IMG/VR virus record: IMGVR_UViG_3300042398_001385
Coordinates: 1-64,000 of that record
Strand: one strand, 5' to 3'
From: a virus
DNA length: 64,000 nucleotides
Numbering within the stretch: position 1 is the first letter of the stretch; every line of letters starts with the position of its first letter. The position numbers were made by a program, and so were the translations under genes. The notes under the pieces are model-generated. The model saw only the letters and a list, made by a program, of their open reading frames with translations, was not told where the DNA came from and ran no database searches. This document shows positions 1-11,067 of this stretch, one piece after another.

Positions 1-3000
1 TTCAAATTCATCTCTATAGAATTTTTCCTCCTTCCAAGACCATGCGTGAGATCCAAGCCAAGATTGTACTGATCCTATCTTATTACCCTCTTTAAATCTT
101 TCCTTTGGTATTTTTCCCAAGAAAGCATCTAGATTTCCTCCAGGCGGGGATAAAATAACATAAGGTGAAAATTCAGATTCACCTTCAAAATAACCAGTTA
201 TATAAATATTTTCTTCTTTATCCAAAACTAGATCAGCTCCTGAATCATTGTTAATACCTCCAGCTGTTACTATATCTACTAATAATCCATCCTTATTGAA
301 TTTAGTTAGATATATGTCCGTTCCTCCTCTTGATTCTATTTCCTCCGGAGAAAAATACGCTGGTGAAGTGTATGATCCCGTTATATAAACATTTTCATCG
401 GAATCACTTTCTATATCGTGAGCAGTATCACCTCCCGATCCACCGCACATTTTCATCCAAATTAATTTTCCAGTGGACAACAGTTTTATTACAAATATAT
501 CAGTTGTTCCAGGGAATGAAGATAATGTCTGGTTCTCTATTTTTATAGTTCCTTCATATGAACCACTAATTAATACATGCCCATTAGGATCTAAACATAT
601 TGATGAAGAACCAAAAGATGTGGAAGAATCGTATCCAATACTATTAGCCCATAAGCATTCCCCGTCTCCTGTATAGAATTTAGCTATAAACATATCAGGA
701 TTACCCACACCGGTTAATTGTATAGGTCCTAAATCTATCTGAGAATCAAATACTCCAGTTAAATAAAGGTATTCTTCTTTTAGTATTCCTATCTCATATG
801 CTTTAGAATACGTGGTATTCGTAAATTGCTTAGCCCAAACAAAAGTCATAGAAGGATCTAATTTAGCTAAGAATCCAGAATCTTGTCCGGTTGATATTAA
901 AGATGACGAGCCAAGGATTAGATTTCCTTGGAATCCTCCACATATATAAATATTTTCATACTTATCTACTTTAATATCACCTATGTATTGATCTGGTGTA
1001 ATAGGTATATTCAAAGAATTTAATAAAACCCCATCAAAATTAAACTTATCTATTTGTATAAATCCAGTAAGATTATTATCACTAACTACATATATGTTTC
1101 CATTCGTATCTGTTATAACAGATCTAGCATAGATAGGACCTTGAGGTGATGTTGATGCTATAGATCTAGCCCATTGTATAACTCCACCTTTATTATATTT
1201 AGCTATATAAACTCCTTGATCTAATGATGTTAGATATAGATCCTGAGTACCTATATTATTAACCTCACCCATGAATATAGTACCAGTAAAGTCTCCAATA
1301 GCTATTATGTCACCCTCGTTGTCTACTGTAACCTTGACACCTTGATCAGGATTGCTATTACCTAGTGTTATAACCCATTCGAAATTATCAAAAAGATCTC
1401 TAGATTTTTTCTTAGCTATTCTTTCTATTTGTGAGTTTTTCCAGTAAGGTTCTTTATTGGCTTTGTCGTTCAAAATATCTCTTAGGGGAGCGTATAAGAA
1501 GACATCGTCTATATTCAAAGATGGAAATTGGTATTTCAATCGATCGATGCTGTAACGCTGCCAAATAGGCTTATACCAAGAATATCTATCAACATTAGGC
1601 ATGATAGGCCTGGTGTAATCGGAGTTTAAAGTTATATTATCATAATAAGGACCAACTATAAAGTTAAAACCTAATTGTGATGTGCCTATACCAGAATCAA
1701 AAATATATTCTACTGACGGAAGAGGACTAGAAGTATTGTGATAAATAAAATCCCATCCATTAGTACCAGGATCCTTAGATGTCGCCTGTATATGAGGTAT
1801 TATATAATCAATTTTACCTATCTCTCCATCCTTTGTTAGAATTAAAAGATTTTTAGGGAAAGTTGTTTCTCCATTTTTAATAGTTTTCCATGGTGCGGAT
1901 AATGATATCTTACCAAAATTACAATCAACAGGATTTATAAGAGTAGTTCCATCATTTCTATATAAAACTTTAGTAAAATAGTATCCATCAAAATAATAAA
2001 GTTCTGTACTAGAAGGTGAAGAACTAGAATCTATAGTAAACCATATGTTACTGTTTCCTGTTTCTATTATGCTTTTTACGGAGCCTAAATTTAGTTCAGG
2101 ATTAGTAGCATTGTTCCAAACCGCCCATCTTATATCATCCCAATAAACTAAACCATCGGAAGTTCCTATCCATTTATGATTTAGCTTATCTAATTCAATA
2201 GAATAAACATTATTTGACGGAATACCTGAGTTACCCGTATTATAATTTTTGAAATTAACTCCATCAAATCTAGAAATTCCGTTATCTGTTGCTATCCATA
2301 AGTACCACTTGTTTATCGAGTAATATTGTAATTTAAGATCTCTTATATTATCGGAAGGTATATCAGAATTAGAAGTTGTATAAAGATTCCAAGATTTTGC
2401 ACTAGAATCATAGAAAAGTAATCCGTCATAAGAAGGCGAAGAGTTGCAAGTAAATCCTGCAAATATGTCTCCTCTCTGCGGATTTATTTCTATACAATTT
2501 ATACTAGAAGGTGTTATAGGAGATATTGGATTTCCTCCATTATCTACAAAATCATTAACAGAATATGCAAAACTATCTGATGGATCTTTCTCGTTTATTT
2601 TAACTAGAGGTACAAGATTGTTTTCTAATCCTATCCATTTTATATCATTTCTATCTATTTTTATACAATTAGTAAGAAGAGATACTCCAGGCATTACACT
2701 GTTACTTGAATCATAATTTGTGTAATTAACACCATCGAATTTTATGACATCCTCACCGGTTACCCATATATCACCATCAGCATCCCAAGCTATTCCTGTA
2801 GGTTCAAATAGTACAGGCGAATAAGTAGGAACTTTATAAAATTTAGATTGTATATTTTTAGGTCCTGGATTTGTACTAAGATCTGGAGATATGGGATTAG
2901 CGTTAGGATAAAAATTATTAGGAAGCTCTGAAAATCCTCTTACAACATAATCAAACCTTTTTATATTTTCGTCTATAGAATTGTTTAACTGATCCGCAGC

Positions 3001-6000
3001 TTCCTTAAGATCTAAATAATTATTTCCGGGAGAATCAGTCTCACCAAATACTAATCCATTAGAATCTTCAGTAACCTTAACCCTATCTCCATATTGTAAT
3101 GAATATAGATTAAACCCTCCTAGCCAATCATTATGATAATCGTACATATCCCAAGTATGGGCATAAGCTTTTTCGAAAGAAAAATCTTCAAAAGTTTCCC
3201 ACGATAAGCTTTTAGTTCCCCAATACCTCATTTCCTTCTTAGGTAATAAATTGAAGTCATAATAAACATACTCCTCCCTTTCATTTAATCCGCCAGAGAA
3301 GGTGTTAATTGGAGTAGTTATTAAAAGAGACCCAGTTGTCTGAACTATAAATTGTTTACCGTTCCAAAGACTTCCAGAATTATTAGGTGCTTGAACTGTA
3401 AAAGTTTTATAATTAGTAGTAACAGAATCCACTAAATTTATAACCTTATACTTAGGATCTAGCGGAGACGAATTAATTATACTATATGCTAAGCTAGTAG
3501 TTGAGTTTAAATCTCCTTGGAAATTACAGTCTGCTATTAAAACAGCATCAGCATAAAATTTAATATTACCTGTTCCATAAACATATCCTCCAGTTATTGC
3601 TGTTATAATAATCTCCGGTATTTGGAATGTGTTAGCTCCTGTTACTGTAATAGGATATTGACCTAATGAAGATCCTAAAGAATCATATATCCAAACAGTA
3701 TCCCCTGATGAATATCCATGAGGAGTTATTGTTGTAACTTCAGCTAAATCATATCCTCCACCAATATAGTTACTAACTATTGTTGATATGTCAATTTGTT
3801 GAACTCCGACATCAAACGTAACGGTAGATTTTACCTCTGGTAATTTGGTTAATACCTCACATTGCTGTCCCTCATTAAAATTATTAGAATACTCTGGGTA
3901 ATTCTGTATAAAATCAGATATGCTTAGTATTTTATTTGTGTTTTCTACTGGGAATATCCATTGTGAAGGATAGCTTTCCCATTTCAAAGGCATATTATTC
4001 CAATCATAACTTTCAGATTCCCTGAATCTAGTTAATGTATTTAATTCTATTCCTCTCTTATCTACTTTTACTACGCCCCTTTTTATACCTAATGATATAG
4101 AATTCAATGTATCCCAAACCCTACATTTTATATTATATTCACCAGAGTAAGGTAAGAAATGAACTATAGTTTCCAATTCTGGTAATCCTCCTCTTGTTTG
4201 ATAGTAGTAAGGCTTATCGTCATCGTCTTTATAAATAGTCCATTCTATCTCATAAAAATCTAAATAAGGTAATCTATTCCATGAATAGAATCCATTACTC
4301 TGTATAAAGTTCTCATAATAATCAAATACGTATGAACTGAATCCTAAATTAGTAGGACTCACTTTCCAATTTGAATATTCCCCGGATCCTCTAGTATAAA
4401 TCATTTGTATATAGAGGTTTCCTGTTAATGTATTATAGTCTCCAGCACTACAATATCCAAGAACTAAATTTCCTGGCGAATCTACTGACTCAACCCTTAC
4501 AAAAATAACATCTGGAAAAGTTGTGTCGAACCAATTATTTCCTGCGCCTATATTAATATTAATTCCCACAGGGAATGTGGTTGGCAAAGTAAATAATGAA
4601 GTGCTATAAACTGTTTGTAAGCTACCCCCAGGATTAGGAGATGTAGTGCTTGAATAGCTAGCTATTTGTAAGTCTGTTCTAGTTATTGTTGGATCTAAAG
4701 AGTTCCAGCTTCCACTCAATTCTTCCCAAGATAGATTAAAGGTATCATTTTTTATAATAACTGGACATCCAGCGGGAAAAACATAATCACTACCATCAGA
4801 GAAAAGTTTATATCCAGGAGGATCATAATCTCCGTCACCTAAAAATTTAGGCATTTCTCCATTTGTAATGTCCTGATAGAAAAGATTTACTGCATTTTCT
4901 AATGATGGTATAGTGGAGATAGGATATTCTTGAAAATATGAATAAGGATCTACTGTGTTTCCGTAATAGCTTATTCCCTCTTCTACTCCATTTATATTTG
5001 GATATAAAAGACCGCTCTGATTTGGTTTTGTATAGAAAGGTCTAAGATCTTCTACGTATCCTCTTTCGGGATAAACATTAAAACCTACTTTTATACCTCC
5101 TTTTATTTCAGTGATATCTACAACATCAGTCCATCCTCTTGTTTTATATAAATTAAAATATACACCCTCCCCTGTAATATCTATTATCCTAGCATTTAAG
5201 GGAAGGTAGTCTCTTTTAAGTCTTTGCTTTAATCCAAAAAGTTTTATTAGTACCTCTTCTGGACTAAAAGCAAAAGCATCTTCAACTATTGGATATCCGT
5301 ACTGATCCTCCTCCTGATCTTCTACTACTCTATTTATATCATAGAATAATCCAAATAAAGCAGTTTTCTTATAAGACTTGGACGGGAAAAGACTTTCGAA
5401 TTGTTTTTTTAAACCAAACGTACCGTCTTTTTTCTTACCGTATATTTCTACCTGCTTAAACTTTCCCTGGTTCTCATCCTTTATTAAACTACTTATTAGT
5501 TCCAATTTATTAAGTCCCTCTATATTAGGCTGACTTAATTGATTTAATATTTTTTGGTTTTGTTGTAGTGGGGTAAGGGTATCTGCTTCGTCAGTTTTTA
5601 TATTAAGCCAATATTCTTTAACTCTTAGATCATAATAACCAAAGAATTTTATAGCATTAAAAAGAGATTTATATGATCCTAAATAAGGGAAAATACTCTC
5701 TCCTGCTAATAAAAGCTCCTTTCTTTTTTTGTTTATTATTTCATAGTCAGGAAACTCTTCTTTTATATCACTTTCTCTTACTATTAAAGCATCATCTGGA
5801 TTAAAAGATCTTCCGAAATTGGAGAGAGTAACAGACAATCTGCTATCTTCTCCTTCAACCTCACCATGTAGTTCTACTTTTAATATAGTTACTGGATTAT
5901 TAGGATCTGTATAATCCTCTATTATTAATCTCCTATCATATATTCCTTCGCTATCAGAATTTAAAGCTATGTTTATCTGCATAGAAGATGGACTGATATC

Positions 6001-6408
6001 ACTACTAACAACCAATCCGCTAGGAGATGCTACAACGTCACCAGGAACTATCTCTGGGTAAAATTCTACGTTATTCGCTTTAACTAATACAGGAGCATCA
6101 AGATTTCCATCCACTCCCAATTCATATGTGTATATGATAGAAGAAACATTAGTACTTCCATCATAATCTGATTCCCATCTTGTTCTCCATACAGAAGGAC
6201 CCGGACTAACACCGTATGAGTGTGGAAAACCATATTTTATTTCAGATAGAGGGTTTAGAAATTTTTCTATTATAAATATATGTTGGACCTCAAAAAGCTT
6301 TTCAGAAACAATAGGGAAAAGTATTGCACCCTCCCAATAATTACCATTCCATACAAAATTATATTGATCACCTTTTTTATCAAAAAATAAAAGATTTTGA
6401 AAATTCAT
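1..6408 (-). CDS. Very large (>2136 aa, runs off window start) baseplate/tail protein: N-terminal baseplate-wedge-like region plus beta-propeller repeats
   Basis: Absent from the ORF track, apparently because it has no stop inside the window. ATG at 6408 (MNFQNLLFFDKKGDQYNFVWNG...). The same frame was spot-checked open at ~2160 (PSNNVYSIELDKLNHKWIGT, regulator-propeller-type repeat), ~200 (GADLVLDKEENIYITGYFEG, SBBP-type repeat) and position 1. Lies downstream of the gp6-like gene. Confidence 0.8.
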   Translation of the reverse strand, partial: MNFQNLLFFDKKGDQYNFVWNGNYWEGAILFPIVSEKLFEVQHIFIIEKFLNPLSEIKYGFPHSYGVSPGPSVWRTRWESDYDGSTNVSSIIYTYELGVDGNLDAPVLVKANNVEFYPEIVPGDVVASPSGLVVSSDISPSSMQINIALNSDSEGIYDRRLIIEDYTDPNNPVTILKVELHGEVEGEDSRLSVTLSNFGRSFNPDDALIVRESDIKEEFPDYEIINKKRKELLLAGESIFPYLGSYKSLFNAIKFFGYYDLRVKEYWLNIKTDEADTLTPLQQNQKILNQLSQPNIEGLNKLELISSLIKDENQGKFKQVEIYGKKKDGTFGLKKQFESLFPSKSYKKTALFGLFYDINRVVEDQEEDQYGYPIVEDAFAFSPEEVLIKLFGLKQRLKRDYLPLNARIIDITGEGVYFNLYKTRGWTDVVDITEIKGGIKVGFNVYPERGYVEDLRPFYTKPNQSGLLYPNINGVEEGISYYGNTVDPYSYFQEYPISTIPSLENAVNLFYQDITNGEMPKFLGDGDYDPPGYKLFSDGSDYVFPAGCPVIIKNDTFNLSWEELSGSWNSLDPTITRTDLQIASYSSTTSPNPGGSLQTVYSTSLFTLPTTFPVGININIGAGNNWFDTTFPDVIFVRVESVDSPGNLVLGYCSAGDYNTLTGNLYIQMIYTRGSGEYSNWKVSPTNLGFSSYVFDYYENFIQSNGFYSWNRLPYLDFYEIEWTIYKDDDDKPYYYQTRGGLPELETIVHFLPYSGEYNIKCRVWDTLNSISLGIKRGVVKVDKRGIELNTLTRFRESESYDWNNMPLKWESYPSQWIFPVENTNKILSISDFIQNYPEYSNNFNEGQQCEVLTKLPEVKSTVTFDVGVQQIDISTIVSNYIGGGYDLAEVTTITPHGYSSGDTVWIYDSLGSSLGQYPITVTGANTFQIPEIIITAITGGYVYGTGNIKFYADAVLIADCNFQGDLNSTTSLAYSIINSSPLDPKYKVINLVDSVTTNYKTFTVQAPNNSGSLWNGKQFIVQTTGSLLITTPINTFSGGLNEREEYVYYDFNLLPKKEMRYWGTKSLSWETFEDFSFEKAYAHTWDMYDYHNDWLGGFNLYSLQYGDRVKVTEDSNGLVFGETDSPGNNYLDLKEAADQLNNSIDENIKRFDYVVRGFSELPNNFYPNANPISPDLSTNPGPKNIQSKFYKVPTYSPVLFEPTGIAWDADGDIWVTGEDVIKFDGVNYTNYDSSNSVMPGVSLLTNCIKIDRNDIKWIGLENNLVPLVKINEKDPSDSFAYSVNDFVDNGGNPISPITPSSINCIEINPQRGDIFAGFTCNSSPSYDGLLFYDSSAKSWNLYTTSNSDIPSDNIRDLKLQYYSINKWYLWIATDNGISRFDGVNFKNYNTGNSGIPSNNVYSIELDKLNHKWIGTSDGLVYWDDIRWAVWNNATNPELNLGSVKSIIETGNSNIWFTIDSSSSPSSTELYYFDGYYFTKVLYRNDGTTLINPVDCNFGKISLSAPWKTIKNGETTFPKNLLILTKDGEIGKIDYIIPHIQATSKDPGTNGWDFIYHNTSSPLPSVEYIFDSGIGTSQLGFNFIVGPYYDNITLNSDYTRPIMPNVDRYSWYKPIWQRYSIDRLKYQFPSLNIDDVFLYAPLRDILNDKANKEPYWKNSQIERIAKKKSRDLFDNFEWVITLGNSNPDQGVKVTVDNEGDIIAIGDFTGTIFMGEVNNIGTQDLYLTSLDQGVYIAKYNKGGVIQWARSIASTSPQGPIYARSVITDTNGNIYVVSDNNLTGFIQIDKFNFDGVLLNSLNIPITPDQYIGDIKVDKYENIYICGGFQGNLILGSSSLISTGQDSGFLAKLDPSMTFVWAKQFTNTTYSKAYEIGILKEEYLYLTGVFDSQIDLGPIQLTGVGNPDMFIAKFYTGDGECLWANSIGYDSSTSFGSSSICLDPNGHVLISGSYEGTIKIENQTLSSFPGTTDIFVIKLLSTGKLIWMKMCGGSGGDTAHDIESDSDENVYITGSYTSPAYFSPEEIESRGGTDIYLTKFNKDGLLVDIVTAGGINNDSGADLVLDKEENIYITGYFEGESEFSPYVILSPPGGNLDAFLGKIPKERFKEGNKIGSVQSWLGSHAWSWKEEKFYRDEFE

Positions 6409-6409
6409 C

Positions 6410-6655
6410 TTATCTTACGTATTTATTATCTTTTGGAACGGTATAATTAAAATAGTTCTTTATATACTTAGCTGCTTCGAACCAGTTATAAACAACTTTT
6501 TCCATACTAGCTAAAATATCCATCCTATTAGAATCTCCGTCTAATACAGGATTAGAAAGCGTTTTTTCGAATATTTTACCCTCATAATCAAATCCCAAAT
6601 TAGATCTATCGTCGTTTTGGGTATTTATAAATTCGTACCAGCTTTTTTTATCCAT
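6410..6655 (-). CDS. Hypothetical protein in baseplate operon
   Basis: 81-aa ORF packed with 1-nt gaps between baseplate genes. Confidence 0.7.
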   Translation of the reverse strand: MDKKSWYEFINTQNDDRSNLGFDYEGKIFEKTLSNPVLDGDSNRMDILASMEKVVYNWFEAAKYIKNYFNYTVPKDNKYVR

Positions 6656-6656
6656 T

Positions 6657-8354
6657 TTAATTTCCTGTATTTAAAGAACTTTTTAATATGCTATTTACTT
6701 TTGAGTTATAAGTATTAGGTACTATAGATCTAATATCTATGTTTATAGAAGAAAGGGTTGTCATACCAGCTCCTAGATCATAATAGATTCCATTCCTATC
6801 TTCCCATCCCCCTGATATTATAACTATCTCATCTTTTCCTATAACTATATCGCCAAATTCATCAAATCCTATCTCTGGTGAATTTGGACTTTGTGCTTTA
6901 GCTGCTTCGTTTTCTTCTCCTACAAAATATAAAGAAACAGAATCCACTCCTTTTATCTCCTCCACTGCTGCAATTAAATCAGATCTAGGTATCTTATCCC
7001 TTCTTCTTATATTTAAGAAATAGTCACTCATAGTATTTACTATCTGTGATTTTATGGTATCGGGATCATTACCTTCAAATATAGTAATAGCTATGTTTAT
7101 TACATATTTTTTTATTACCGGATCTAGTATTTTAACCTCAGTTGTAACTATTTTCTGTCCGCTCTCGTCTAACAAAGCATAAATACTATTTCTTTGTGCA
7201 TTAGTTAATTTAAATCTTGATACTGGTATATCAAAATATGTTTCATTACTTTTTAGTGTTATCTGTATATCAGGAACTAAGATAAGGTATATTATATTGT
7301 CGTCATCTATGTATTGATCATCAAAAGTCGTAAATGCTTCTATTATAGAAAACTGTCCAAATTTTTCAAAATAAGTTATGTAATTAGTTGGATTGGCCAA
7401 GACAAAACTTCTTGAAGTTTTAGGTGCTATTAATCTAGTTAAATCTATAGATTCTTGATTAGCTCCTAATTGTGGAATAACTGTACAGCTAACACTTAAA
7501 ACTTCAGAAAGAGTTACACCATTACCAAAAAGATCTGTACCCTCCGAATCGAAATTAAATATTATCTGTGAAGAATCCTCTACTATAATATTTCCACTAG
7601 ATCCAGCAGATTCTAAATAATTTACTTGTATAATAGAACCAGGTGCTGGAGGAAGACCAAAATTTGTATTACCGAAGAAAATGTCTATACCAGATATTAT
7701 AGAGCTTCTGACCATATATCCTCTACCATTTCTAGGTATGTCGTATAAAGATTCGTATCTTTTCCACTCCACCCCGTTTATTTTTACATCAACCTCAAAG
7801 TTTTCTATCCCAGAAGTACCTCTGGAAGATATATTAAAGCTCTGTAAAATATCTCCAGATCCAGTATATTGATTAGTACTTATCGTTCCTTCTATTATAG
7901 AACAAAGTAAATTGGAAGACCCATCTAAATTTAATCTAGTATATTCTTGTGGAAATTTCAATAGATATGTTTTTCCATTATTGACACATTTTATTTCAGA
8001 GTTTTTTGGAATTAAAACCGCTCCACCTCCTATATTTTCTGCACCCCTTCCATTCCATTTTATAAGTACCTCACCTTTTGCTGATATACTCCTCGTTGGA
8101 TTATGCCCAGCAAGAGTAGCAAGACCGTATACAGATGATTCTCTAGTTGCTGTATTAATATTTAATTCCGTTATGGAATCTTCAATAAAAAATAAAACAA
8201 ATTGTGAGAGATTGTCAAGTACAAATATTATCTGACCCCATACAGAAGCTACAGTAAATAATTGGTTAGACATCCCATATCTTGCCTGTATTAACTCAAA
8301 AGTTTGAGTTAGAAGGTCGGATATTTTAGCGTTACTTTTCGATAATAAATCCAT
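6657..8354 (-). CDS. Baseplate wedge protein, T4 gp6/baseplate J-like
   Basis: ELNINTATRESSVYGLATLAGHNP, IFFGNTNFGLPP, YLESAGSSGN and ESIDLTRLIAP resemble gp6-family motifs; follows the gp25-like gene. Confidence 0.8.
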   Translation of the reverse strand: MDLLSKSNAKISDLLTQTFELIQARYGMSNQLFTVASVWGQIIFVLDNLSQFVLFFIEDSITELNINTATRESSVYGLATLAGHNPTRSISAKGEVLIKWNGRGAENIGGGAVLIPKNSEIKCVNNGKTYLLKFPQEYTRLNLDGSSNLLCSIIEGTISTNQYTGSGDILQSFNISSRGTSGIENFEVDVKINGVEWKRYESLYDIPRNGRGYMVRSSIISGIDIFFGNTNFGLPPAPGSIIQVNYLESAGSSGNIIVEDSSQIIFNFDSEGTDLFGNGVTLSEVLSVSCTVIPQLGANQESIDLTRLIAPKTSRSFVLANPTNYITYFEKFGQFSIIEAFTTFDDQYIDDDNIIYLILVPDIQITLKSNETYFDIPVSRFKLTNAQRNSIYALLDESGQKIVTTEVKILDPVIKKYVINIAITIFEGNDPDTIKSQIVNTMSDYFLNIRRRDKIPRSDLIAAVEEIKGVDSVSLYFVGEENEAAKAQSPNSPEIGFDEFGDIVIGKDEIVIISGGWEDRNGIYYDLGAGMTTLSSINIDIRSIVPNTYNSKVNSILKSSLNTGN

Positions 8355-8356
8355 AT

Positions 8357-8728
8357 TTATAATATTTTAATTCCTAATATAGGATTACCCTTTATTGCAA
8401 AATCTATTACACAGGCATCTCTTGTTTCTCCTCTTAAAAATCCTATTGTGTATTTCACGTCGAAAATACTAAAGGCCATAGGAACATATGTGGCTAAGTG
8501 AATATCTATTGCTCTTGATAGAGTTGATTCATCAACCTCAAGATCAAATATTAATCCTTCTAGATCTATACCAAAATAAGGATCTCCTAAAACCTCCCCC
8601 GGCCTCGACAGCATACAATTTTTAATCATCCCTATCAAGATTTCCACATCATCATTAGTGTGAAGAAACCCTTCCTTATAATTAGGATCTTGAGGTCCCC
8701 TTGGATAAATTTCACTTAATCTTCCCAT
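8357..8728 (-). CDS. Baseplate protein gp25-like (GPW/gp25 family)
   Basis: IKNCMLSRPGEVLGDPYFGIDLEGLIF matches the gp25 signature; 123 aa. Confidence 0.8.
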   Translation of the reverse strand: MGRLSEIYPRGPQDPNYKEGFLHTNDDVEILIGMIKNCMLSRPGEVLGDPYFGIDLEGLIFDLEVDESTLSRAIDIHLATYVPMAFSIFDVKYTIGFLRGETRDACVIDFAIKGNPILGIKIL

Positions 8729-8735
8729 GTTGATC

Positions 8736-8743
8736 TATATATT
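8736..8743 (-). promoter_or_regulatory. Late-promoter motif variant (AATATATA)
   Basis: One-mismatch copy of GATATATA, 7 nt upstream of the gp25-like ATG. Confidence 0.5.
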
Positions 8744-8836
8744 CCAATAAAAAAATACCCACTTATTTTACCGGATTTTATTATTTAATATTATAGACTG
8801 AAAATGGAAAATATATTCTACAGAATATTATTTTTT

Positions 8837-9616
8837 TTAATTCCACTGTAAGAAGTATGAAGGGGTGTTCTCGTCTTTTATCATCTGAATTATTTCAGTT
8901 TTTTCAGTTGATCCTATAGTTTGGATATTATTATAGTTAACTCTAACACCACCAGGAAGATTATATTCAAAAGTACCTAACAATCTACCTATATTTATTT
9001 TAGCTTCAGCTAAGCAGAACCTTACAAATAATTCATCATCATATAAGCTTTCTTCTGGTATATCTATATAAGCCCTTATTCCCACATCAGTTCCGCTGTA
9101 TAATGAGCTTGAGCTACCGCCATCTGTTTGATATGTTCTATTAGGATCTCTACCGTTTATAGTTAGTTTTTTTGTGTTTTTGTTATAGTTAAAAGCATAA
9201 GTTTCTAATAAATATGCCTTTGCTAAATCGAAGAAAGAATATAAAACAGTTCTATACACTAAATTATCCCCTGCAAAAGGAGATAACATAAGTTCCGACC
9301 CTAGTAGTTTAGAATCACCAAAATCTTTATCAGGGGTTCCTATCAATCCAGCTCCGTTTACTTCTCTAACCTCGTAAATGGATCTAACACATTGAGGAAG
9401 CTGTATTTGTCTAGTAGCTCTAAATGATGGCGTTGAGAATAATTCTCTTCCTAATACAAATATTCTATCCTCTACAGCATATTGATAATTATCATAAAAA
9501 TAAGCCCTAGCTCTTTTTATTATCCTCTTAATTTCCTGCTCGTTTAGATTATAAGGCAAAGCACAAGAATGAGATATGTCATCCTTTATTTCTTGGATTA
9601 AGTCTGCTTCGGTCAT
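8837..9616 (-). CDS. Neck/head-completion protein, T4 gp13-like
   Basis: N-terminal LNEQEIKRIIKRA and C-terminal AEAKINIGRLLGTFEYNLPGGVRVNY, similar to the gp13 LPGGV motif. Confidence 0.7.
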   Translation of the reverse strand: MTEADLIQEIKDDISHSCALPYNLNEQEIKRIIKRARAYFYDNYQYAVEDRIFVLGRELFSTPSFRATRQIQLPQCVRSIYEVREVNGAGLIGTPDKDFGDSKLLGSELMLSPFAGDNLVYRTVLYSFFDLAKAYLLETYAFNYNKNTKKLTINGRDPNRTYQTDGGSSSSLYSGTDVGIRAYIDIPEESLYDDELFVRFCLAEAKINIGRLLGTFEYNLPGGVRVNYNNIQTIGSTEKTEIIQMIKDENTPSYFLQWN

Positions 9617-9621
9617 ATCTA

Positions 9622-11064
9622 TTAATTATTTGATTTAAAGTTTACCCCAGGTATTCCTGAAGGTTTAGAATTATTATCAGAAAATCTAGCTGGAGTAGAA
9701 GGTGAATCCCCTTCGTTTCTATTAGGGAAAGGTCTTTTCTTAGAACTTCCTTTTAATTTTTTATCGTCGTCTCCATCTTTAACTATTTCTGTCTCAGGGG
9801 ATATAGTAGCAAGCTTACCTATAAATCCTGATCTAATTATTCCACCGAAAACCTCACAATTAATTTCCTTGTCTTTATTATCTATATAGCTATCATGGAC
9901 AGTATTAGTAAAATAAAGATCCGAAGTCATAATCTTAGATCTACTTATTTCATTATTGGTTATTAAATCGCAATCTTCTAGAGTTGAATCGTTTATTTTG
10001 CAAGTAAACAATCTACAATTAAATATATTTCCTGCTATTTCTCCTTCTAATATATCATAATCCTTTAAAAGGTAGGCTCTAGTTGTTTTTATATCTTTTA
10101 GCTGGAATTTACCTAAAGAACTATCATAATTAATTATTCCTTCTTTTATGCTATTCTCAACTATTAGATCGTAAAGTACTTCCCTTATATTTAGGAAAAA
10201 AGATCTAAGTATTTGTGGATCAGATCTTAAATCCACCATTATATTCATGTGTGGATAATTCTTCTGGAAAGCGTCCGGATCTATAAATGTAGATGAGTTT
10301 TTGTATATCTCATTAAGGAACATTTTAAGAGTCTTAAGATCGTTATCAGTAAATCCTGTATTGAATTGTAGTACTCCAACAGTATAGGTAATTATATAGT
10401 CTATTATTTCCTTAATAGCAGAATATCTTTTCTGGTAATCTTTTCCACCAAGATATCTAACCTCGAAATATCCTTCAGGAAGTTTTAAGAAATTTATCCC
10501 CATATTTTTTTCAAGAGGAACTTCAAATAGATTCTTATCAATAAATCCAATATTACTAGGATCTACGAACTTATTTGATGGAATAATTCTTTTTATAGAT
10601 TTAGCATATAAAGATCCCATTCTATCAGGGAATCTTTTATAGATAACATTCTCATCAAATCCAAGAATAAATTTAAGAATATTTAGTTCCGTCATTTTAG
10701 GAACTTCAGGATATATTGATGTGTCTATGCTAACACCAAACTGAAAAGCACACTTCTTATCCGTATACCCATTCTCATCTATCCATTTTAAGGTTTTTAT
10801 TAAAATAACTATAGCCTCGAAATAAGGAAGAGGACCCGTGATGAATTCTACCATCTTGGATCCTCCTGAATAATCCGGCTCTAATTTAAAAATATCCTTG
10901 TTTGGTTTAAAATTAGAATGATACTTATTAAAAAGAAGTATTTTCTTTCCTAATACCTTTCCTAGGCCCTCGCATATTTCATTCCTATTTAAGTTACTAT
11001 AAAACTCAAATTCGAAACCAAGCTTAACTGAGTAGAAAAAATCATTAGTAAGTAGATTAGCCAA
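9622..11064 (-). CDS. Putative amidoligase (COOH-NH2 ligase type 2) with C-terminal beta-solenoid-like region
   Basis: LGFEFEF, LEPDYSG, EFITGPL and FEVRYLGG motifs; the usual HxH is replaced by CAFQFG. Confidence 0.65.
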   Translation of the reverse strand: MANLLTNDFFYSVKLGFEFEFYSNLNRNEICEGLGKVLGKKILLFNKYHSNFKPNKDIFKLEPDYSGGSKMVEFITGPLPYFEAIVILIKTLKWIDENGYTDKKCAFQFGVSIDTSIYPEVPKMTELNILKFILGFDENVIYKRFPDRMGSLYAKSIKRIIPSNKFVDPSNIGFIDKNLFEVPLEKNMGINFLKLPEGYFEVRYLGGKDYQKRYSAIKEIIDYIITYTVGVLQFNTGFTDNDLKTLKMFLNEIYKNSSTFIDPDAFQKNYPHMNIMVDLRSDPQILRSFFLNIREVLYDLIVENSIKEGIINYDSSLGKFQLKDIKTTRAYLLKDYDILEGEIAGNIFNCRLFTCKINDSTLEDCDLITNNEISRSKIMTSDLYFTNTVHDSYIDNKDKEINCEVFGGIIRSGFIGKLATISPETEIVKDGDDDKKLKGSSKKRPFPNRNEGDSPSTPARFSDNNSKPSGIPGVNFKSNN

Positions 11065-11067
11065 TTT

